A DNA stretch of 61,550 bases, counting the filler, from Choristocarpus tenellus KU-1152 (taxonomy: Eukaryota > Protista > Phaeophyceae), in assembly GCA_964200185.2 (NCBI GenBank). It is 10 parts of 10 records of this genome, joined end to end, with 100 filler letters (N's around TTAATTAATTAA, not from the genome) between each part and the next. Parts side by side here need not be neighbours in the genome. Positions count along the whole stretch, not along the records: positions 49,489 to 53,100 come from CAXNAD020018959.1; positions 53,201 to 58,302 come from CAXNAD020011866.1; positions 58,403 to 61,550 come from CAXNAD020021969.1; 7 more parts are not named here. One strand, written 5' to 3'. Position numbers and translations under genes: made by a program. This document shows positions 52,524-61,550 of the stretch, piece by piece. How positions within the stretch are numbered: the stretch's first letter is position 1; each line of letters starts with the position of its first letter. The notes beneath the pieces are model-generated. The model had not been told where the DNA came from. It saw only the letters and a program-made list of their open reading frames with translations, and did no database searches.

Positions 52524-53031
52524 AGTTTGTGTAACGGCGTAGAGCATCCGGGTACACTCCAAAGCACGCAATGCCTAAATACCTCCCAGGAGCTAATGCA
52601 CTATTCTGTCAGTTGAGATCACACCTCGGGGCAAGGATCAGAAGATACCCCCCCACACAACCTGCTCTTTGCACACTAGCCAAACCAAGGTGCACCACAA
52701 CGGCAAGGGAAGAAAAAAAAAAACTCTTGTACTTTACTTTACGTTACTTTAAGTTACTTTACTTTACTTTGCTTTGCTTTACTTTAGTGCAACATTGCAA
52801 TATTTGGCGACCAAAACGAACCTCGATACGCTCAACTACTCGAGTAAGAACCGGACGCACTCTGCCGCTTGATCGCATGGCAGGCGTTCCTCATCTGGTA
52901 TGAAGGCGTACACGTCCCAGTCAGGAACGACACACCCACCCGGCTCCTCGCTTCCCGAGCAAGAACTACCCCTTTCCCCACGGCTTTCACCAGCACCCCT
53001 TGAGTCGTCTCCTCCTCCCCCCCCCCCCCCC

Positions 53032-53063
<32 letters not shown>

Positions 53064-53200
53064 TTCCCCCCCCCCGCGAGCCCCCTCTCGGGGGAAAGGG
53101 NNNNNNNNNNNNNNNNNNNNNNNNNNNNNNNNNNNNNNNNNNNNTTAATTAATTAANNNNNNNNNNNNNNNNNNNNNNNNNNNNNNNNNNNNNNNNNNNN

Positions 53201-53390
53201 GTTGTCAATCACTTTGAACTCATTCCCAAGGTTGTCAATCACCTTGAACTCTTTCCTAAGGTTGTCAATCAGTTTGAACTCTTTCCTAAGGTTGTCAATC
53301 ACTTTGAACTCTTTCCCAAGGTTGTCAATCACTTTGAACTCTTTCCCAAGGTTGTCAATCACTTTGAACTCTTTCCCAAGGTTGTCATTC
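53201..53390. repeat. 30-bp tandem repeat (gttgtcaatcactttgaactctttcc[c/t]aag), at least 6 copies, truncated by the spacer
   Basis: Contiguous units with no spacers between them. Confidence 0.95.
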
Positions 53391-54164
53391 GTTTTTTCAC
53401 TATTGCGGACTTCACCCCGGTCATAACAAAAATAAAAAATAAAAATAAAAAAAGAGTCAGGTGGACGAGAAAATACAATTTTCTTTTTTTCACATCCCGT
53501 CAAATTTCGAGTTGCATGTGATGTCCGTCCGACCCACCATCCGCCCACCCATCCGTCCATCCGTCCATCCGACCGACCGACCGTCCATCGGACCATTTTC
53601 AGCCACATTTTTTTCAGTGTACCGTGACATGACAAACAAAAAACAGTTGAACGAACTATTCTCGGGGTCAAAACATTCCGTCATGTATGGGAAACATCTC
53701 TCTTGCCCAAGGTATGGCACATTTGATGTCAATGATGTTTGTAGACGCGATTGGGAGATTGAACCTATCAGAGAAGGTTGAAACTGAAATCGACCTATGG
53801 TGCTGGACCTGTTTATTGTGCCAAAATCTGCTTTGTTGTAGGATACATACGGCGCTGGTTAGTAGCTGTGCTGATGAGAGTGTTGAGAGTGTTCTGGTAT
53901 GCCTTCTGAAACAAACAACACTCAAGGGTCTGCGCCACACTTATCTTATTGATGTGAATAGCATATTTGGTCGTGACATGTCGGGCAACGTATCACTGAC
54001 AAACATTTTCAGTGTTAGGCTTAGGATTTCCTACTCCAATATGGCATGCGCACTGTGCTGAGTGATAGATAGGGTGCGCCATCTAAAAAAATCCACTAAG
54101 ATTTATAGGTGTCTTATTTTTCATTTTTTTCTGACTGCTGTTGATAATTTATTATTATCATTAT

Positions 54165-54398
54165 TATTAGTAGTAGTAGTAATAGTAGTAGCAGTAGTAG
54201 TAGTAATAGTAATAGTAGTAGTAGTAGTAGTAATAATAGTAGTAGTAGTAGTAGTAGTAGCAGTGGAGTAGTAGTAGCAGCAGCAGCAGCAGTAGTAATA
54301 GCAGTAGCAGCAGCAGCAGCCGTAGTAGTAGAAGTAGTAGTAGAAGTAGTAACAGTAGTAGTAGCAGTAGTAGTAGTAGTAGTGATAGTAGTAGTAGT
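54165..54398. repeat. Compound trinucleotide microsatellite (TAG/CAG/TAA)n
   Basis: Seen directly; it produces the poly-V/Y/L/T pseudo-ORFs. Confidence 0.97.
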
Positions 54399-54650
54399 AT
54401 ATATATGTGCATCTTGGAGTTACCAATGTTTACATTTCAGGGGAGAGGTTGCAGGGCCAAGCGCAGCCCCTCTGGCTTTCAATAACCATCTAACTTCACC
54501 ATCGTGATCAGGTTTTTTCCCCAGAGATAGAGATGGGGCATTTTTTGTATCAAGCATTGTCTACGATGTTTGTAGCATTGACAATAAATACGACTCTTCA
54601 TCGGTTTCATACATTCTCAACACAAGCACACCAAGTCGCTTTTTTGATTG

Positions 54651-54827
54651 ATTTCAAATGTTCTGGAGAGGGGGGGGTCTACACCAGGATGTCCATTTGG
54701 ACCCTTACCAGGAAAAGTGCATGTACATTATCCATCCGACGTATGCAACCAAATCACCCAAAAAAATGCAACATGGAAAAATGGACCCCAAATGGACAGC
54801 CACCACCGCCCCCAGATACTTTGAGCC
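54651..54827 (+). mobile_element. MITE family B full-length copy (~177 bp), candidate 4-bp TSD ATTG
   Basis: Degenerate 5' end atttcaaatgttctgg; 3' end ccaaatggacagccaccaccgcccccagatactttgagcc; ATTG at 54647-54650 and 54828-54831. Confidence 0.85.
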
Positions 54828-55070
54828 ATTGGACAGATAGAGCTAGCGCATTTTTGTGTCAAGCATTGTCTACGATGTTTGTAACGTTGACAATATAACT
54901 ATCCAACAGTTTCATATATTCTCAACACAAGCACACCATATCACTTGTTAGATCTGATTGGACAGACAATAGTGATCCTCCCCCTCCCCCCACACCCACC
55001 CCTCAGCTCCCTCAAAACACCAAACACTGAAGGCCCCTAGGAATAGAGGCGTAGGCAAGGTGCTACACAC

Positions 55071-58000
55071 CTGTTGATCAACGCAGGAGTAATCAATCCA
55101 CAGGTAAAAGTCAGTGAAACTCCGCCTCATCGCTTTGGCCAACTTCTGAACAAGATTACACACCTGTAGCATCCAGAGAGAGCCAACAATGGATTTCCAG
55201 CCAACAGGTGAGAGAGAAGAGGAGACTCTAAACCTGAACATATTCATTCTGGAAACTCCAACAGTGGGTGTATGAGTATATATATATATGTATGCGCACA
55301 CATCTGGTGAGGTCTGTGCAAGACTCTTGGCACCCTGGCATTACGATCTCATTGCATTAATCGGAAACAGTACCAGCACTTTCAAACTCCGGTTTCTCGC
55401 ATGATGAACATACATATATACATAATAGTATATATGAACTAGAATGTTTTAAGGGGATGGACATACACCTTCTTTTGCCATCAAGCAATGTCTTACACCA
55501 AAGGGTTAGGGTTAGCTTCTATGGGGTGTCCCAGCTGATTGTCACATCCTCAAGACAGGTTGCAGAGTCAGGAGAATGGCCTCACCTTTGGGTTGGCTAC
55601 ATTAGCGTTGTGGTCAACACATACCACACAACTGCGCACACATGCACAAACAAAGAACAACAGTTTAAGTCAGGGATTCAATAAACACTGTTCAAAAAGG
55701 GAGAATACAAAGGAACCCACCTGATAGAACTTGGTCTTGGCACTGTCATCAGGATTTCTGAATCCAGGCTCGAGCCACCTGTGTGAAACATATGCCACCA
55801 CCGGCTCTCCCCCTCCCTGTCCCCCATCACCCTCACCAGAGTCCCAAACCCTAGTTCCCCCCTGTTCCTCATCCCCAACCACAACCCCAGCCCCATCTCT
55901 GTGCACACCACCTCTTCGCAGGCTTGTACAGAGGATTGGTTTTTTGTTTGGATGGCCAAGGAACCTGTCCCCTGTCCTACGAGGGATCTCGCCCAGTTCT
56001 AGCATGTCTACAAACTTCAGGAGGTACATTGGTGGGATGTAGAAGGGACTCTCTGAGCAGAACAACGAGTAGGTGTCACGGCGCTGCTGGGCAGTGGGTT
56101 GTCGTCTCATCCAAGCTAATCCCCATGAAATATTAAGTACCATCTGGCCTGATGAGAACGAGCTTTGCTGTGCAAGCACATCTTTCCGTGTGCCCCACCA
56201 CTGCTTCCTCCCTTCCAATTGTCCTCCCTCTGATCCAACAATGGTGCCGTTGGAGATAGATCTTCTGGTGCGTTTCTCTTCTGCTGACTGAGGTGGTAAA
56301 ACTATAATGAGTGGATTGGGGTCAGCAGGAAGTTTTGTCAATGTCTGGCAATTGGCTGCTGAGTAATCCTTCCATTCTCTCCCGTCCACTACATTAACTG
56401 ACTGGTGTATTGCATCCTCCACCACCTCATTATTGTGCTGCACTGAACTGTCTTCCCTTCCCTCTGATCTCTTTGCTACATTCGGATCTTTTCGTGAATC
56501 CACCCCCGACCCTAACTTCACTCCTTTCCTTGCCTTCAAGCACCCCCATAGCTTTGAACCAAACCATGAAGAAGGTTCAAAGATAGGGGCATCTGATCCC
56601 ATGGTACCTGCAGCTGGAAGAGTTGTACCCAACTGGTCCTCGTTATCCCTCTTGTGAATGGGCAGGTGCTCCTTGTTTGAGAAAAGTTTTCCATGCAAGC
56701 ACAATCCTACATTTGGGACTACTCCCCACAACCCTCTCCTAGTTCTTCCCCCGATGAACGCCCCCTCGCTGCCTTTCCTCCCAATCCCTGTGTCACTTCC
56801 TCCTCTCCGCCCTTCTCTCCAGCCAAGTGAAACCACAGAGCCAATTCTATGTGGCATTCTTAGATGTGAACTCCCCTTCTCGGTTTTTGAGTCTAGTTCC
56901 CCCATTGTCCCACTCTGTTTGGCTAAAAAACGCAGCAGAAGCTCCTGTGTCTGGTCCATTCCGGCCTCAACTGCAACATCTATAGGGGTTTGTCCGAGGG
57001 AGTTGACCGTGTTGGGACTGGCTCCATACTGCAGCAGGCACTGGAGAGTTCGCCACATGCCCTTTCTTGCAGCAATGTGAGATAAGCAACCTACTTCCCT
57101 GTGACTGAGTTCTCCCATTATATCGTGGTGCTCCTTGAAAGACTCCATGGCAATCTCAGTTCTTGCAATGGCTTCCTGCAGGTTGCGTTTTGCACCCCCA
57201 ATGATGGCATGCATCCTCAGCATCTGTACTGTTACCGCCATAGCTGTAAGTCCAAACATCCCTAGTGAAACCCAAAACAATGGACCATCATATTGTTGTC
57301 CTCCAAAGACCACACTATGTTCCAACTGGGCAGTACCTATGAAGACTCCCTGTTCCAAGTGATTCAGGTGAAATGGGGCATGCGTTCACTTGATAGAGGT
57401 TTGGGGTGATTGAGGTTTGAGGTGCGGCTATATATCCAAAGTCTATACTTCTGAACGAACATTTCCTTGCTTACAACAGAAAGGCCATATATATGTATCC
57501 TCTTCGCGATGGTCTCGTGTGCGCATTAGAGTCAACCCGTGCTACCTGGACGATGCAGACCAAGGAGGGCATGCCACTGTTCATGTCGACCAGTGCTAAC
57601 TCATGCTCCTCGCAGTGGTCGACCTCGTGAATGTCCTCTTCGACCTGATGTTGGTGGACTAATACTTGGCGCCATGCAAGTAGTTGCGCTGTTGTCTGCA
57701 GCACAGGTGTATTGCAAGATATCTTGGTTGCCACGGTATTCTTTACCATTGTCCTGATGGCTTCGGTTGCTGCAATATCTCCTTCCTCATTGCAGCTTGG
57801 CTGTGCTATCAGCGTTTCAGCTGCTAAGATTACGCACATCTCACTGGGGACATTGCTCTTCTTGGGCCTTATACCATCTATGCTGGAAATACTAGAGTAT
57901 CCATGTGTTAAACTTTGCAAGGCTAGCATATCACGAATTGTCCATATCATTGCCACAACAGTGAAGGCGATAAAGCATTGTACTTGCAGTGTCATCTCCA

Positions 58001-58085
58001 CATGCTCGTTGGCAGCGCCACTATGCATGATGGTGCTAACAACATGTACCACAGGTGAAGTTAATATGCTGACAAAGGTACCCAC
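55071..58085 (-). CDS. Transmembrane + ankyrin-repeat + HET-like domain protein; exons 58085-57546, 57349-55721, 55163-55071; incomplete at both ends
   Basis: All-phase-0 GT-AG junctions (540, 1629 and 93 nt exons). Hydrophobic stretches (CFIAFTVVAMIW, LFWVSLGMFGLTAMAVTV); ankyrin LSHIAARKG..LLQYGASPNTVNSLGQTPIDVAVEAG; then PMYLLKF..LGEIPRR, VAYVSHRWLEP...NPDD...K and YLWIDYSCVDQ. Confidence 0.82.
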
Positions 58086-58148
58086 CTGTCAACGTCGAGA
58101 GTTATAGAAACGCAGGATGATTAGTGGATACAGCCCCTCGTGCCTCCA

Positions 58149-58302
58149 GGGTCAAAGTATCTGGGGGGGTGGCGGCTGTCCATTTGGGGTCAATTTTTTC
58201 ATGGCACGATTTTTGGGTGATTTGGTTCCATACGTTCGATGGATAATGAACGTGGACTTTTCCTGGTTTTGGTCCAAATGGACACTCTGGTGTAGACCCT
58301 CC
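58149..58302 (-). mobile_element. MITE family B copy, inverted, truncated by the spacer
   Basis: gggtcaaagtatctggggggg..gctgtccatttgggg...ggtccaaatggacactctggtgtagacc is the reverse complement of the 54651-54827 copy. Confidence 0.9.
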
Positions 58303-58854
58303 NNNNNNNNNNNNNNNNNNNNNNNNNNNNNNNNNNNNNNNNNNNNTTAATTAATTAANNNNNNNNNNNNNNNNNNNNNNNNNNNNNNNNNNNNNNNNNN
58401 NNATGAACAAGACCCCAGATGCACGGTAATTGTTGTTATTATTTTATTGATTGTCATTGTCCCCTCACTGAGCACCTCAACGCCACTCTGCAAACTGTGT
58501 ATCAAACATACACATGGATGTAAGGTAATATAATCAGAGTTAAAACCATCCGCGGAAACCCTTGCCAGCCAAGGTAACAAGCCTCTCCACAGAGCATGGA
58601 CTTCTTTCATGTGGTTTCTTTCATTGAGTACCACATGAAAGAACACTAAATTCACATCGCATAATTCTTGACTGAGAGATCAATGACCTTAGCTACAACA
58701 GAATATATACATTGGTGCTTTGCAGCACAATCACGCCTATGCATAACATAGACTACGCATATCACTCATCGGTGCTTCACAACACCATGATTCCTCATCG
58801 CTTGTAGTCTACGCATTTTACCTACATGTACGATGCATTCGATTCAGGTTTCAA

Positions 58855-59650
58855 CAGCTTTCTCACCAGTTATCAAGCCAGTCATCGTGTTGAACTGGAT
58901 TTTCAACCGCCATGTGCCCGATTTTCCAGTTATTAGTCAGAGGCATCTCGAAACCAACACCCCACGCAATTGTCGCGAGTAACACCACGACTTGCAGAAC
59001 ATTGCGCATCCTGATGAGTGGTAATATGCTCTGGGCTCGGTAAGTGAGAAGGATTCCTCTACTGGATTGAGGTGAGAACGATACTCTTTAGGTAGTAGGC
59101 ACGAATATAGGAGGTCGCAGTGCATAGAATCTTGATTTCGATGAGGATCAAGGGCGACAAAGTTCAGTACAGTGGCAGGAACATCGAGCTAGTTGCCCTT
59201 ATTGTGGTTGGTGCAACAATGAATCTCTTCATCAAAGCGCACAATGATATATTTCATGTCGTTCATGATCAGAGCCTGGGCCGATTGGTCCATAGCTTCC
59301 TAACCTTGAGTCAGACGGAGCTGATCTGAGCGAGGTGGTTACTTTTTGGTGGCTTTCACGTCTTAAGACCTTACCATTGCTTACGGGCGATGGAAAAGGT
59401 CAGGTACATACGTACTATTCCTTTCCGATGCTCTGCCTAATGTACTCACCTCTCTGCTGGACCTTACAAATAGGGCGTAGGTAGCCTTTCCCTTGGACTT
59501 TGCAAACTTAGGGGCAGTTGGTAGTTCGTACTCGGCAGTAGTTTATAGTAGTTATGCGGGGTGCATATTAGAGGATTAGTTCTTCGAAGTGGAGTGGAGA
59601 TTTTCAAATCGAGTAACTGACCAATTGTGAATCTTATCGACTGAATCATC
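58855..59650 (-). mobile_element. Probable highly decayed copia pol (post-integrase region to start of RT)
   Basis: In order on the - strand: KFAKSKGKATYALFV (cf. K...RA...FVG), IIVRFDEE (cf. V.FDE), TEPRAY (cf. EP.TY), TWRLKIQFNTMTGLITGEKA (cf. KWVFK.K...G....KARL). Confidence 0.5.
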
Positions 59651-61030
59651 ACGACTCGATACTATCGTGATATATCGACAATTGAAACCTAAGTTTCAAG
59701 GGGATGTGGAACATTATGATTCAGTGTTATGATGTTTCACTGACACAAGGACGATGAAGAGCACCAGGTAAGACAGTCCAGACTGACCAACACTAACTAT
59801 ATCCGAGAGGATAAGGTTAAAGTTGGACAGGTGTGCAAGAGTGAAGAGTAACAAGAGGAGACAATCATGATTCAGGACAGGGACCTCTGAAAGGATTCCT
59901 CTGATATTCCTCCCTGAACGATCCTCCCCCCGTAGAACCATGGTTCTGTAGTAGCGTATTTTCACGAAGGTGCTTGGGAAAAATCAAACGGTAAAACGGT
60001 GTATGTTACCACAATAAACGCTGTGATAGGAGAGAACGGTGATTCCACAGAATTTTATAATACCGAAAGAATTTTCGGTTAAAATGATAGTAGGTAGAAA
60101 ATAGTGTATCACAACAAAAATACCTCTATCAAGACGTGTCGTGTGCTTTAAGCTGGAGGCACCAGGGAGATGGGCAAGAAGGGACTTGTTTGATTCTTGG
60201 AATACTTCCCTAGCTCCTTACCCTGGGGTGCAGGACTAAGCTAGGTTGGAGGCACAGGAGGGCGGTGGTGTAGCATAGCTGGTAATAAAATAGTAAATAT
60301 ATGTTAGAAAATGCCTTTCACATTTACGACAACTACTCTTACTAATTCAGGGGTTGTTCTAACAGTTTAATGGTTTTTCATTGGTTCTTCTCCTGACAAA
60401 TCTACAAAATGTTCGAGGGCATAATAATAAAACGCTAGGTAGAAAGTCTCGATTTATCATACCGCCAAAAATGCATTCACACACCGATAATCTTCTTGTA
60501 CAGGCACAACTTCCTTAAGGGGGCCAGCTAAACACATTTCAGGCATGGACATGATGCATACTGAACAAGAAGGTTGAAAGACCTTAAGACACTCAAGAGA
60601 GTCAAAATCGACCCCCTCCCAACTTGTTATCACTCTCTGCAAGGTTTAACTCAGCAAACCTCTCGGTGCTCAGTAACGAACATAATCCATACAGCTGTCT
60701 CTAAGGGTAATGGCAAATGATTGTTCCATTCACACTCATGCATGTGCACAACTATATTTATTGAAGTGACACCCTTCCATTTCAGGGTGTTTTTGTAGTT
60801 GGCGAATTACGCAGTTGCAAGACCATTGAAACAACACACCCTCCTGTAGTCACTCTAACCACAGTCGGTCTACAGTTAGCTGCAGGGACTCTACCCTCAG
60901 TAGGGTTGCAGATTGTGCTTTCTTAAAACAGCTGTATGAAAACCTCAATATTGGTATGCAGGACCTCCAGATCTCAGCACAATTCCGACAAGTGAGAACA
61001 GAAGATATTGCAAAACACAGGTAGACTAAA

Positions 61031-61105
61031 GATTCAAAGTATCTGGGGGGGGGGGGTCTGCACCAGAGTGTCCATTTTGGGCCATAACCAGGAAAAGTGC
61101 TCTAT
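61031..61105 (+). mobile_element. MITE family B partial copy
   Basis: gattcaaagtatctgG-run tctgcaccagagtgtccattttgggccataaccaggaaaagtgc. Confidence 0.8.
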
Positions 61106-61239
61106 GTACATCCAGAAGGATAGCTGTTTTGAGCTCCTCCTGGTTATTCACATGTTTGAATTGCTTCTTCCAATTGGATAGTGATATTCAATGGATTACC
61201 ATAATATAAAATAGCACAGGTGGGATACATGTACCCCTC

Positions 61240-61477
61240 TAATTTTGACGTAAGATATCCTGGACCTGATAAACATGAGGGGTCTCTGAAGTACCCACAA
61301 GCCAAAGTCCTGTCCAGGTGCTCACCAGTTTTGGCGTGATACCTCTCTTTCGTACCATGGCTACTAATATAAAATTAACCGCAGAAGTATTGGGCATTTG
61401 ACCCTTATTCCTTGAATCACGTTGATTCTGACGACTATACTCCACTCTCTCAAAAACTGCTACATGCAACTCCTCTA
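61240..61477 (-). mobile_element. Ty3/gypsy integrase C-terminal fragment
   Basis: LEELHVAV.ERV..SRQNQR...SAVNFILVAMVRKRG.TPKLVSTWTGLW.V...HVYQVQDI corresponds to the gypsy F.VGD.VLV...KL...W.GP(W/Y) module. Confidence 0.75.
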
Positions 61478-61521
61478 GGGTCAAAAACGAACGCCGCCCC
61501 CCCCCCCAGATACATTGACCC
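61478..61521. mobile_element. 44-bp internally deleted family B mini-element
   Basis: GGGTCAAAAA ... CCCCAGATACATTGACCC inverted ends; flanks CTA/CTG. Confidence 0.65.
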
Positions 61522-61550
61522 CTGGGCCCCTTATTAGCTCCTTGCGTACC

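Noticed and set aside
53201-53390. 30-bp repeats as a CRISPR array
   Set aside because: Units are contiguous with no unique spacers, there are no cas genes, and the context is eukaryotic.
54062-54426. Poly-V/Y/L/T ORFs
   Set aside because: They are translations of a trinucleotide microsatellite.
40768-58085. HPt and ankyrin/HET-like genes as a linked signalling cluster
   Set aside because: They are separated by three artificial spacers, so physical linkage is not shown.
60460-60640. Possible exon (RVITSWEGVDFDSLECLKVF...)
   Set aside because: Splice sites are plausible, but there is no recognisable motif or partner exon.

Overview
Repeat-rich eukaryotic nuclear DNA with spliceosomal GT-AG introns and TTAGGG-like motifs. 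Its transposon styles suggest a stramenopile or brown-alga-like genome, but that assignment is inference only. The window is probably not one locus: nine identical 100-nt spacers (44 N + TTAATTAATTAA + 44 N) join ten contigs, so adjacency across spacers should not be trusted. Host genes I can support: a spliced PPC/DUF296 protein gene (- strand) divergent from the first exon of RPB2; four in-phase 3' exons of an uncharacterised protein gene (31.6-34.4 kb, -); a histidine-phosphotransfer (HPt) domain exon (40.8-41.1 kb, +); and a three-exon gene fragment encoding transmembrane helices, ankyrin repeats and a HET-like SHRW/WxDYxC domain (55.1-58.1 kb, -). Most other recognisable sequence is degenerate Ty1/copia, Ty3/gypsy, mariner and non-LTR remnants, plus unclassified dispersed repeats and mini/microsatellites. 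There are also about 18 copies of two related MITE families that share GRGT(C/G)AAAGTATCT termini and a subterminal GTCCATTTGG box. I do not see a convincing new multi-gene system. The best candidates for follow-up are the membrane-anchored ankyrin + HET-like protein, the MITE pair with apparently mixed 3-/4-bp target duplications, and the HPt exon.
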